From: Schizosaccharomyces osmophilus
Taxonomy: Eukaryota
DNA: 64,000 nt
Reading direction: 5' to 3'
Assembly (NCBI RefSeq): GCF_027921745.1
Contig: NC_079238.1
Coordinates: forward strand, 434,001-498,000
Numbering within the stretch: the stretch's first letter is position 1; every line of letters starts with the position of its first letter. The notes below the pieces were generated by a model. The model was not told the origin of the DNA, searched no databases, and saw only the letters and a list, made by a program, of their open reading frames with translations. Below, in pieces: positions 10,778 through 21,850 of the stretch. Position numbers and translations under genes: made by a program.

Positions 10778-12504
10778 TTACACAAATGAAAGTTTCTGTA
10801 TACTAATCGTATTTTCATGATTCATGTACATATCGCACCAAACTTGTGAAGGATATACATCCGCAAGGTTGATTGTTTGAATATGCTGGCCATTATTATC
10901 TTTTTCATTATATTCCAAAAAGCCAGAAATATCCGTCTGTTGGTATTCCGTAGCTCTTGGATGTAAAGAGGCCGAAATCTTGTCATTAAACTGGTCCATC
11001 ACGAGTATCCGAAAAGATAAATCGCGCTTATTGCTTGTTGATTCTACAGACGGCGAAGGCATAGAAAAGACATCGAGCTGCAGAGGTAAAACTTTGATAT
11101 GACCTTGAGTATGTGGACGTAAGTTTTTTAGACTTTTCAAATCATTCCTTAAACAACTTGAATTTAATGGACAATTTAGCTGCGATACTGTGAATGGTTA
11201 GTACACTTTGCTCTTCTTTCCTAACCTTACTTGATATGAGATTTGAGTCCAAAGAAACCGTGTATTTTTCTTTGCAATTGGAATCCCGTTTTAACAAAGT
11301 TGCGACTATCTGCTCCCCAGGTACGATGTTTTGAACAAATTTTTCTGTAGATAGCTTAATTTCCTTGGGTCCATTTGAACAATCAAGACTTATGAGGCCA
11401 GGGTAAACTGATACAACACGACCAGTTATCCAAACGTGCTCATCAGTGTCATCTTGTTCAGGTTCCTCTATGGAAGACATAATTGCAATCATTCCTTCCT
11501 GCCACTGCGTTGTCTTTTCCCAAAATGTATTCCAATACGGCAGGATGAAATACTGCCCACAATCCAACAAGTTAGGAAAATCGACAAAATTTCCCCTAAA
11601 CTCTAAGGTAAGCTGATCCGAAGAATCAGTAAGTAACTCTTCTTTTGTTCCAAAAACTTTGTCGACTGGTCGAAGAAAAACCGATCGTACTTCATCTCCA
11701 TTTTGTTCGGCTAGACTTATGTCCAAAATCAAGAAAACCCCATGATCCTTTAATTCTAATACTGTTTGCATCAATGAAAAAAATGGATCAGTACCAAGGG
11801 TGGGTAGGAAATAAGTCGTAGGTAAGAATTGCAGTTTTCTCCTCAAAAACCATTTTGGGTGTAAGTTTGCCCTCGAAAACCGAACAATAGACTGAATTAA
11901 TTTCAAGTTAGCTCTCAATTATTGCGTGCTGATTCTTTTTTTGCATACGCGTTTCAGTATATCAAATGGACTATGAAATAGCAAGTAGTAGGACGAGTGC
12001 AACATCAAATCGCAGGTATTTTTCCTTCTGTCCTTTAATTGTAAAGTAGGAAGAGGATGATAATAATAATCAGCGCACTCTAGCTCAAAACTATTTTCGA
12101 ACTGGACGTCAAATTCAGAGTCTTTGACAGACTCCAGAGTTGAAAATCCTAAAAAGCAAAAAGGGTTAGACAAAAGTCCCTTGTTTTTAACATCCACTCT
12201 TAGAATACTTACGATCTTCATGATACAATCGCTCGGTGCACTACTAGCAAATTAGTACTAAATTTTCAAGACTTGTACATACCGTTAGCTCAAGCTCATT
12301 CAGTAAGATAGCCCATGTAATGCCTGAAGGGTATTCTTCAAATAGATTAAGAATATTGTTAATGATCCTTTATATAAGATTAGTATTGCGAAGTACTAGC
12401 CAAGCTATTTACCAATTCTCTTCTATGGATACATTATTTTCGCTTTTCACGAGGCTTTTTTCAAGCTTTTCTTTTATTTCTTTAGTTAAATTCTCAAAAT
12501 TCAT
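10778..12504 (-). CDS. cdc24: DNA replication protein Cdc24-like, 6 exons, about 491 aa
   Basis: Exons 12504-12413, 12367-12283, 12240-12213, 12148-11949, 11891-11231 and 11187-10778 splice into one frame via five GT..CTAAY..AG introns. Identity is from recalled synteny and size. Confidence 0.75.
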
Positions 12505-13545
12505 TCGTTTTCTTCGGTTTATGGCATGAACATGAATTTACAAAGGGAACATTGAGGTTCACATACAAGTACATGCTTTTGCATCTTGAACATTTACTAC
12601 GAAATGAGCTTGAGGAACTAAACTATCAATAATATACATAAAGAGAATATATTTCAATCTATTTCCACTGAATTCTTTTACAAGAAAAACGAGATGAAAA
12701 AGAAAACTTAAAAACAAACAAATTCATCACAACAAAGGCAAAGCGAATATTTATACATTATTGATACTTTATAAGTATCTTTCATCAAAACCCAAAAGAC
12801 AAATCGTTACATGGATATGACAAATTGTCTGGGTACGTTAACATATGTCTGAACGCGAGCAGTTCAACCAACCCAAGCAACCTTCGAGCATTTTAAAACG
12901 CAATTTTACACATCATGACAGAGGCTAGCGGTAGCCCAAGTAACCCAAATAAGCACAGTTGTAACTTTTTTTTTTTTCTTCTTTCCCAGTTTATGCTTCA
13001 ACGTATAGCTGTTTTCAAAGAGTAAATTCATAACACACGTGAGGAAATCCATTGAGCCTAGTCGACAAAGCAGGCAGACGGCTTTTAAAAGATTCCATCA
13101 TCTTCAAGTAGTTCCGAGTCAGGAACGATAAATCTAGGAATTTTTGGGCCGGAAACTGCTCTAACAACACCTAGTAATATCCTCGAAAAAGAGCTAGGTC
13201 TATCAGATACATCTATCGGACCGTCCGTTGTATTCAATACTACCTCCGTAAATCAACATTCGAAATAATAGAAACTACATCGCCTATGTTCTCAATGTGA
13301 TATGACTTGCCGAGTACATTAATAGCTAATTTCCTGTCAGATAGCCTTCCGCTATATCTTTAGAATTGAGAGCGTTCTCCATTAGTTTGTAATTCTCTGG
13401 AGCCATACTTGAAAGCGCGAGGAATGTGTTAGGAAAGAAAAGCAAAAAAAAAAAAAAAAAAAAAGGAAAGTAAGCATAATGAATAAAGAAGGTGGTGTTA
13501 CACTGTCTTCACGTTTTACTTGGTTAGCCCGTTCAGTTGGCATCA

Positions 13546-14664
13546 TTAGTTCACCTTTTTTGAAGTATTTATATGATTAAGCCACCCAGCAATCAAATCT
13601 CCAGTTGCAAGCGTTCTGGGAGAACTAAACTTATAAAAATAAGGCACAGTGCCCGCAAGGCTCATAGTTTTGTGTAAAGTAGGGTCAGTTTGTTTAGCAG
13701 CGTCTTCAGAATTGTTGTCTGGAAATCCAGGAATCAAAGTGAATGTATGGACAGATTGCTTAATAGACCACTGCAAGTCCCGGTTATTCCTAGGGGCAAG
13801 GGCGAACAAACCGTGAATCGTGTCAGCGGGCAACTCATTAGAGAGACATTCCATAACCACTGCGGCACCAGTGTCTTCACCTACAGCATATAACTGACTG
13901 GGATCACCATGGAAGCAGTGGATACACTCCGAAATCCATTCTACACAAAGTTTTATAAACAAAACGGATTCAGAAGTGGAATATCTAGGAGGTTGTGCAT
14001 AATTGGGGACTACAACAACAAAACCAAGAGAGGCAAGGTACGGTATAATGACAGATTCAGCCTTGTTACGGCCACAAGCCCATAATACTACGGGATGATT
14101 TTTAGATTTGTCATCTGGAGAGAAGACATTCAAAAGCAGATGGCTCTTGTAAACCAATCTTTCCGCATTATTTTTAGCTAGCAGCCAATTTGGAAGGTAT
14201 GAAATATAAGGATACCGCAGGATGGATCCAGAAGCAACATTCACTGAAAGTCGACCAATATGCTTTGTCAACATAAAACCACTTTTACTGGAAACTGTAC
14301 TAGAAGAGAAAAGTTTTTCGTTTACATCGTCTAGATGATAAGCTCCGATAACATTTGCAACAATCAAAGAAAGCAAGGAGCCTAAGCCAAACATGTCCAG
14401 AAAAAATACTTTACCATAGACAGAAGAAGAAGAAGCTCCTAACTTGTCTGCAAAAAGCATGATCAGGAACTTGACACTAGCAAATTCCAATGACTTTTCA
14501 GAAACAAATGCTGATAGAGAAGCAACATTGTACTTTGAAACACCCGGGTAGAATTTAGGGATCAGCTTGGAGAGAAATTTATGAACTTCTAGCTGGAACG
14601 CTGAAACAATAAACAAAGAAGAAACTGCTACCCAAATAGCATAGCATATAATAGTTAGTCCCAT
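13546..14664 (-). CDS. Membrane-anchored alpha/beta-hydrolase (esterase/lipase-like) protein
   Basis: N-terminal TM segments; LNVFSP..HPVVLW, LASLGFVVVVPNY..P and FHGDPSQLYAVGE motifs typical of HSL/carboxylesterase folds. Confidence 0.8.
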   Translation of the reverse strand: MGLTIICYAIWVAVSSLFIVSAFQLEVHKFLSKLIPKFYPGVSKYNVASLSAFVSEKSLEFASVKFLIMLFADKLGASSSSVYGKVFFLDMFGLGSLLSLIVANVIGAYHLDDVNEKLFSSSTVSSKSGFMLTKHIGRLSVNVASGSILRYPYISYLPNWLLAKNNAERLVYKSHLLLNVFSPDDKSKNHPVVLWACGRNKAESVIIPYLASLGFVVVVPNYAQPPRYSTSESVLFIKLCVEWISECIHCFHGDPSQLYAVGEDTGAAVVMECLSNELPADTIHGLFALAPRNNRDLQWSIKQSVHTFTLIPGFPDNNSEDAAKQTDPTLHKTMSLAGTVPYFYKFSSPRTLATGDLIAGWLNHINTSKKVN

Positions 14665-15827
14665 TCTGTCAAGATCCTGACTTTGTTTCCGCTACTAAAG
14701 CATGGCTGGTTAATAAAATGTTTTTTAAATTTTAGTGTACTATATAAACAGGAAACGTATTTAAAGTCACTGCTTAAGATAAATGAATTATTGAGAAGAA
14801 ATGTCAACTTTCAAGACCCCTGCACCGTAACCATCGTGTCACTGAGACTTGGAACTCTTTTCATTCAATAAATGAATAAAAAGTAGAAATTGAAGTTCTT
14901 CAGTACACTGCTTAGATTCCTGGAAGGCGCATATGATTATCATCATCAAGTTGGCATTCACAATTCCAGTACCTGCAACATATTGCAGGATTTTAAGAGA
15001 AATTAAAGTAAAAGCGACTCTCAATAACTTATTTCTATAATAAAACTATACTTACCAAAAGCGTTTCAACAAAGTATATGGAAAGAGTATAAGGGGAGAG
15101 TCGGTGCATGTACAACACCAGAGAAATGGTCAGTTTATATGAAAATGGGCTGAAAACTAAAAAAGTCTTTCAATATATTTTAATGCACTATAGGCATAAC
15201 AATAAAAGAATAACGACATTAGTATGCGCTACCAAGCGTTTCATTGAATTTTCGTGAAGAGTGATCATTGACGCATTCTGCAAAAGATTGGGCGTAAACA
15301 ACTTCATTAACGAAAATGGATGAACAACATTATGAATTTAAGATCAATCTTGGGTTTGATCAACTATTTAAAGAAATTTGGGTTCAGTATCTTGAGAAGA
15401 CAGAGTAGAGTGCAAATGCATGGCGAAATCCAACGATGCAATATGTCTTGGAGAATAAATGAAAAGATTAAAAACAACTCTACATAAAAAAAAATAAAAT
15501 AGAAAGATCAAGAATGAACGCAAATACTATTCCGTAGCATAAAATCCTAAAGATTTCACAACTCAAATTCTATTCATATCGAGGGCCAAAAAAGAAAAGG
15601 TAATGATATAGTAAGATTTAATAGAGTATAAAAATAAATAAAACCCGGAACCCAAAATCTGTAGTATCATGTTTAGATGTAACAGAGCTACTTTTATCGA
15701 AGAGGCATTCATTAAAAGCATCATATGCATTAGCCAGGCCCAGCGCCTTATCCGCAGTTGGAAAGTCCCTAAAGTTTTAAATAAAGCGGAAGGTCTCGAC
15801 TTATCTTGCATATATATCTTTTAGCTC

Positions 15828-16669
15828 TTACCCGTGAAGTAAACGCATTGTATAGCCATGAACAGTAGCACGAACTTCACGGGCGCCCTGATCATGCTCA
15901 AACATGGGGTCCCTTTTCTCCTCTACTATTTTTTCTACCTCAAACCCATGCTCTTTTGCAATATCAAAAAAAAGCAGGTCCTTATTAGCGAAATGAGGGC
16001 GATGGTGAGTGAAAAACACATAAGCAATTGCATTCTTATTATCACCCATGGCTGCTTTGCAGGAACGGACTAATTTTGCTTGTTCAGTGTGGTTGAATAC
16101 CAAATCTGACAGCAGTAAAACATCAAAATATTGACCCTGTGAAAGACCACCATAATTTCGCAGGTCTTGAACATCGGATCCCCATAAATAACCCACAGCA
16201 GATGCCTTACCTTCAATTTCTTGATATCTTTTCATATTTTGTTCAAGATTTTGAATAAGAGGGAGATCTGGATAGTCTGAGCACACAACATGTTTGGCGC
16301 CATCGAAAGCTGATACAACAGAGGGCAAGCCAGCACCTGCTCCAAACTCCAAAACAACCTTTCCCTGAACAATTTCCGGATGGGCATCGATGAAATTTGA
16401 TAGCACGATACCACTATTCCACAAGTAGTGCGCCCATAGAGAATGGGATCCTACGAGTTGTAGTTCAACTTCTTTTGGTCTGATTTACAAAGTTAGATAT
16501 GAAAAATCTTAAAATAAAAGAAGAGATGAAACTAAGGACGGGAAAAGGAAACATACCCACTAGGACAAGTCTTTCGCTCATGAAGAACCGTTTTGGGGGG
16601 AGGAGTAGAAGGACGAAAGCCTTCTGGCTCTTCAAACATATTAAACCCTTCAAAATCTAATTCTGTCAT
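15828..16669 (-). CDS. nnt1: Protein N-methyltransferase Nnt1/Efm7 (intron 16480-16556)
   Basis: MTELDFEGFNMFEEPEGFRP..|..LVGSHSLWAHYLWNSG, VLEFGAGAGLPS SAM motif, LSDLVFNH and FFTHHRP. Confidence 0.92.
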
Positions 16670-17397
16670 ATTCAAAAGTACTAATTTTCGTCGACGTTGT
16701 CAGATTGAAACAGATCACTTTTTTTTATAGTGTAGAGCCTAAGGTATTGTTGGAAAAGTATCATGATCATAATTAAAAAGCAACTCTAAGCTGGTAGAAA
16801 ATGAAAAGAAGAGAAGATAGATTCATTAAATTGTTTATATTTGTAGTTTTAAATACAGTTTCGGTGTTTTTGTAACTGCACATAAAACCTCCGCTACGTA
16901 GAGGACTTTTTGTTTTTCTAATATTTAGAGTATCGAAAACACTGAACATGAGCACTATAAACATTTTGGAAGAATCCAAACATTGACTGAATGTATGTGT
17001 GGTTGCAACAAAGAAATGAAATAAATATTGAGGAAGCGTCATGAGCAAGTGTTCCGAGCATATGGTTGTAAAGAAAGAAACGTAAAAAGAAGAAAGAAAG
17101 AAAATTAAGAAAGGAGAAGGAAAAGGGTGGCAGCAAGGGAAGCATTCATAACTTATAAGAGAGAAAATATATGGCCAAAATAAAAGAAAATCACAAATCG
17201 ACAAGGTGGTTTTTCTGTATTGAAAAAAAAATAAAAATAGGAAAGAAAAAGATGTTTTAGAGAAGTAGTATAGATAAAACATCGCGGAACCAATTTGTAA
17301 TTGAAAACATCCAAGAAATTACAAAACAAATAGCAAGGAAGAATATCACATCAACAAACAGGAGCCAAGAGGTTGAAGAAAAGCTTTTTTCTGTTAT

Positions 17398-18606
17398 TTA
17401 AATGTACTGTTGCATTTTCCATTCCAGTAAAGTGTCGACGGCTTTCTCGGGAGAATCGACGATGACACTTACACCATCGGAAGTACAACCACGAAGCCAA
17501 GTATTATGATAGTTTGTAATTTTTTTCATTTCTGAATCCTCGATGACAATGTGGGGGATACCCATTAATGTGGAAAGAATGTGTGCATGGAGACGATCAG
17601 TAATGACGGCTTTGTGAGAGGCTAAGAATTGTGCACCAGAAAGAAAGCGCGATTTGCCTTTGATATCAAAAGTAGCATCTGGATTCCTAACTTCTTCGGG
17701 GTCCCAACCGAGCCAGTCCTCGACAGAGTAAGTGACATTGTGGGAAGTCAAACCTTGTTGATACAAGGATTCGGAGGAGTGTTGCTGGCCTCCTTCCTTG
17801 TCAAGGCGGGCAAGAATTAAGACATCAGACTTGATAGGAGTTGATTCTCGAATATGGGAAAGGTCGCCCATGAAAAAGACAATATCAGGAGTGAGAAGGA
17901 GTTCGTTGTCTTTACCAAACCCGTCGACGCCAATGAGATAGCTTTGACGATCACGGAAGGCAAGTTGAATTTGAGGATGCTCGGCGTAGAGATTCGCTGT
18001 CTCTTGCAAGGCTGCTTCCCCGTTGTACCAAATTGACTGGGGAAAAGAGATAAACTTGCCGTTGGGGAAGTCGCGAATCACGTCTTCACGAAGTTGTTGA
18101 TGATCGGGGTATATGTCTCCAAAGTTGCCTCCACCATGAAAAGCAAAAGCAAACACTTCGGGGGAGGATTCCTGGACAATGGCTTGGAGGTCAGATGTGC
18201 TATAATCAGATTGGGACGCGCAGATGTAGACGACTTCAATGCCAAGGCCCTCTAAAAGGTCACGCTCAGCAACGTAAATGGCACTGTCACCCTTGTTTGG
18301 ATGGTCGGGAAAGCCGATCAGCGCGACCTTTCTGATACCCTCAAAGGAATGCTTGTAAAAAGTAAAGAGGACATTCTTTTGAAACGAAATGGTCGACTCG
18401 CATTGTGCGCTGTTTTTCACAGGCGCCTTCATGAAAAGCGATTTTCTGTTGTTAGGTTCGTGAATTTTGGGCGAACTGAGACTCGTTGGGTTTTTTATTG
18501 TCTGCATGTCGGTTCGTGTGAGCCCATAGAGGAACAGCAAGATAGAAATGGTTGCCAAAGTGACAAGTAAGAGGTATTTGTAACGAATATTGATTGTAAC
18601 AGGCAT
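17398..18606 (-). CDS. pvg1: Golgi pyruvyltransferase Pvg1
   Basis: Type II membrane anchor; HPNKGDSAI, HGGGNFGDIY, PQSI, RDRQS and TDRLHAHILS motifs of the polysaccharide pyruvyltransferase family. Confidence 0.93.
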   Translation of the reverse strand: MPVTINIRYKYLLLVTLATISILLFLYGLTRTDMQTIKNPTSLSSPKIHEPNNRKSLFMKAPVKNSAQCESTISFQKNVLFTFYKHSFEGIRKVALIGFPDHPNKGDSAIYVAERDLLEGLGIEVVYICASQSDYSTSDLQAIVQESSPEVFAFAFHGGGNFGDIYPDHQQLREDVIRDFPNGKFISFPQSIWYNGEAALQETANLYAEHPQIQLAFRDRQSYLIGVDGFGKDNELLLTPDIVFFMGDLSHIRESTPIKSDVLILARLDKEGGQQHSSESLYQQGLTSHNVTYSVEDWLGWDPEEVRNPDATFDIKGKSRFLSGAQFLASHKAVITDRLHAHILSTLMGIPHIVIEDSEMKKITNYHNTWLRGCTSDGVSVIVDSPEKAVDTLLEWKMQQYI

Positions 18607-19511
18607 ACTCGTTGTGTACCAAAATGGATATAGCAGCTAGTTCAATGACACAATTGAAAAGAGAGGAGAACGAATGAAGAATGAGAAAGAAACAAGAATT
18701 AAGGAAAACACATCCAAAAGTGAATTCAATCCACGAAGTCGAAAAGTCGTTTTCGCCGGTGCAAAAAGAAATTCTGAAGATATGGACCGGATCTACAAAC
18801 GAATTTCAATAGGAATAAAAAGAGACTATGAAATTCTTATTTACAAAGCAAAAACTACGAAAAAGATCCACGGTCTGAAGGTGTATTTTCCCAGAAAAAA
18901 TTATGTGCGGAGGTTAGATCAGATATCGGTACTCGGATTTCTTTATAAAGCAAAAGCACTCTGAACTGCTCGTATCAATGGATAAAATAAACTATTGCCT
19001 ATAAAAATAGTTTAACGAACAGATTTGGTAAAATTGGAATTATAAATTTTTATTTTATCCTTACTTCTTATATAATAGGAATGGTACTTTTCGGCAGGTC
19101 GTGCCAGGCGTTTGTTTACAGAAAAGTGTGTGGTTTCACTTGAATTATTTTCAATAGGTACAACTATCGCAAAATGAAACGACTAGAGAAACACATTTCA
19201 GTTAATTTAATCCGTATGTTTCATACCTCTTGAGCAAGGAGGATTCAACTGGCGTACAAAGAATTTAGACTCATGCATCACTTGAAAAAGATTTCTTAGG
19301 AAACTCTCTCAAATAATAGTCTATCTACTCTATTCCTCTGCTACTACGAGTAGGTGTACCTTTTTACTCATTCACTTTACTTGCGATCATCAAATATTTC
19401 TATTGATTATGCATACATAAAGAATCTATTGTCGTCGTCGTCATTGAACATGCGTAAAGTTATATGCGTCAATCCAACCACACTGTATTTTTCTAAAAAG
19501 TTTTGAGATCC

Positions 19512-20732
19512 TCACTTGGCAGCAGTAATGACCTTGGTAAGCTCATAAGACTTGACAGCATCCATAAAGTCGGATTGGATAGCGGACTTGGGGCCCTTAC
19601 CCTCGGCAGCTTCTAAGAAGGCCTTGAATTCAGCGTAGTAAGGATCATCACCAGGGTAGTGGTACTTTTGCTCGCTGTCGGATTCAGGGGAACGAACGTA
19701 AAGGACGGGATCACCATAAAGATCAACGATGCGAAGGTAGTAGCCATCGGCTTGAACTTCAATGCAAGTGTCGTACTTTGTACCTTGAAGGGTAATGTTG
19801 TGGGTGAAAGAACCTACACCGCCTTCCTTGTACTTCCAGACGGCAGCGGTGAAACGGGGGATACGCTCGTGAGGAGGAACCTCCTTTTCTTCGTCAAAGG
19901 GCATGGCAGACAACTTACCAGGCGCGTCGTCCCAGTTGACACGCTGAACACGAACGGTGCTAGTGTCGACATCACCACCGAAGAAGCGAGACAAATCGCA
20001 AAAGTGAGTACCCTGCTCAACGACAGGGCCACCGGATTGCGACATGACCCACCAGAACACCTTGGAGTTATGGACATAGGCAGAGTTGTACTTGGCTATG
20101 GTGCTGACAACCTTGAGGTTCTTTTCACGAATGATATCCTTGGCCTTTTGAACGACCTTCAAGTAACGAAGCATGTAACCGACGGAGATGATGGCTTCGT
20201 TTGGAATTTGCTTGGCGACGGCAAAGGCGTCTTCCACGGGAGCAGCGGAAATGGGCTTTTCGATGAAAAGAGCGGCTTTGGGGAATCGTTTCAAAAGGGC
20301 AAGCTCCATGTCAGCTCCTGGAGCAGTGGAACCATGGGTTTCGGGTGGAATTCCGATGATGAAAGCATGAGGGAGTTCACCGGGATGTTCAGTCAAGTAT
20401 TTGATGTACTCGTCGGGAGAGTAAAATTCTTGAACAGTGTTGTAACAAGTAGCATAAGGACTTTCGGCCTTTTTCTTCAAGACACGTTCGTGAGAGGTCT
20501 TGTGGGGAGAAAGAAGGGCAATCACCTTAAGACGATGACCAAGAACCAATTCGAGTTTTTCAGAGTTGTTCCAAGGGCCTTCGGCAGAGCCAAAGTTGAT
20601 ACCACCACAACCAAAGATGGCACAAGTGAATGGTGGTCCATGATCAAAGTTTGTTCTTTCGGAAATACGAGAAGATACCTCGTGCTTGGCAAAGTTGAAG
20701 GCCTTGACTGCTTGATCCTTGAAGTGATCCAT
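19512..20732 (-). CDS. NAD(P)-binding oxidoreductase, Gfo/Idh/MocA family
   Basis: FIEKPIS, VGYMLRY and SGGPVVEQGTHFCD motifs; first ATG at 20732; strong codon bias. Confidence 0.88.
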   Translation of the reverse strand: MDHFKDQAVKAFNFAKHEVSSRISERTNFDHGPPFTCAIFGCGGINFGSAEGPWNNSEKLELVLGHRLKVIALLSPHKTSHERVLKKKAESPYATCYNTVQEFYSPDEYIKYLTEHPGELPHAFIIGIPPETHGSTAPGADMELALLKRFPKAALFIEKPISAAPVEDAFAVAKQIPNEAIISVGYMLRYLKVVQKAKDIIREKNLKVVSTIAKYNSAYVHNSKVFWWVMSQSGGPVVEQGTHFCDLSRFFGGDVDTSTVRVQRVNWDDAPGKLSAMPFDEEKEVPPHERIPRFTAAVWKYKEGGVGSFTHNITLQGTKYDTCIEVQADGYYLRIVDLYGDPVLYVRSPESDSEQKYHYPGDDPYYAEFKAFLEAAEGKGPKSAIQSDFMDAVKSYELTKVITAAK

Positions 20733-21579
20733 ATTTACACGCACAAAAGAGAAAGAGTGTAAGAGTGAAAAAGTAGTATTCTAAATCCGAGAGAAAAAAA
20801 AAAGGTCGTAAATCGTTCGCTTCTTTATTTCTATTTATTAATCAAGAAGCAATTCTTTTATATAAATACAAGTTATGGATTATAGAGAATATATAAGGAC
20901 AAAAAGAGGTCGCAAGAAAATAAAAACACTCGTAAATCGTTTAAAAATTCGTAAAGAATCTGTTGAACGAATATAAAGCACAAGAAACGTGCTCTATATA
21001 TAACTTTTTTTTTTTCTATGTTTTCTATGAAGCCTTTACCACATACATGGAAACATCTCTATGAAATCAACCATCTGACGAAATCCCTCGTAACGTCGTT
21101 TCCATCCGGCTTCGTTCGTTATGGAGTATGTTATGTTGTATGTGCGTGTTCCATTACATACGATCCACATGCTTATGAGACAATGTCACTCCTCCTTCCT
21201 TCTTCCTTCGATTCCAAGAAGAAGATCGTCATGCAAATCCAAACGACAAAACAACAAGGATCAACGGAAACATAAGTTTGGATGACATCATAATGACACC
21301 ATCAAAACAAAGGACCTCAGAACCTTCTTGAAGGAAAAGGAAATGAGACCCCGCTTGGAGATTTGTCACTGAAAGTTTCCAAGACTGCGAGATAGTTTGA
21401 TAGGAACCGGGATGACGCAATTAAGGAAATGTCTATCGAACAAGGTTTACCTTCCCGATGTCGGTGCGGCTTTTTCGAGAAGTTTACCGGGCCATCCAGA
21501 GAAGAGGATCCCTTGTAGCAGAGGGGAAATCGAACCTAAAGTGGGATGTCGCATGAGAGGAAAAAGAGGAGAAAGAGGA

Positions 21580-21850
21580 GAGGTGAGGTGAGGTGAGGTG
21601 AGGTGAGGGACGGAAGAGGAAAGAATGGAAGGAGAGGGAGGAGGAAAAGAAAACAGTAGAAGAGAGGAGGGAGGAAGAGAAGAGTGTAGAAGAGTGTAGA
21701 AGAGTGTAGGAGAGTATAGGAGAGTATAAGAAGATTCCTTTTGTTTTCTATTGTTTATCATCAGAAACCTCTTTTGAAACAACGATTGAAACCACCATCT
21801 TTCCTCTCCCTTCTCTTCCTTCTCTTCCTTCTCTTCCTTCTCTTCCTTCT
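21580..21850. repeat. Simple-repeat cluster: (GAGGT)5+ at 21580-21608, 10-mer AGAGTRTARR x5 at 21681-21730, (TTCTCTTCC)4+ at 21811-21850
   Basis: Directly visible tandem units in the divergent intergenic region. Confidence 0.9.

Noticed and set aside
10778..12221. Apparent in-frame stop and frameshift between the three cdc24 ORFs (readthrough or pseudogene?)
   Set aside because: Fully explained by canonical introns at 11892-11948 and 11188-11230.
14820..14860. TPP-riboswitch idea for the leader intron (CTGAGA present)
   Set aside because: CTGAGA is on the non-transcribed strand, and the other aptamer motifs (GGGUGC, GAACCUGAUC..GG.UAA..CCAGCG) are absent.
16773..17282. 169-aa hydrophobic - strand ORF
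   Set aside because: Low-complexity T-rich 3'UTR/intergenic sequence of pvg1; Phe/Leu bias arises from T runs.
19659..20762. 367-aa + strand ORF antisense to the oxidoreductase
   Set aside because: Same shadow effect; non-ATG start and no recognisable domain.
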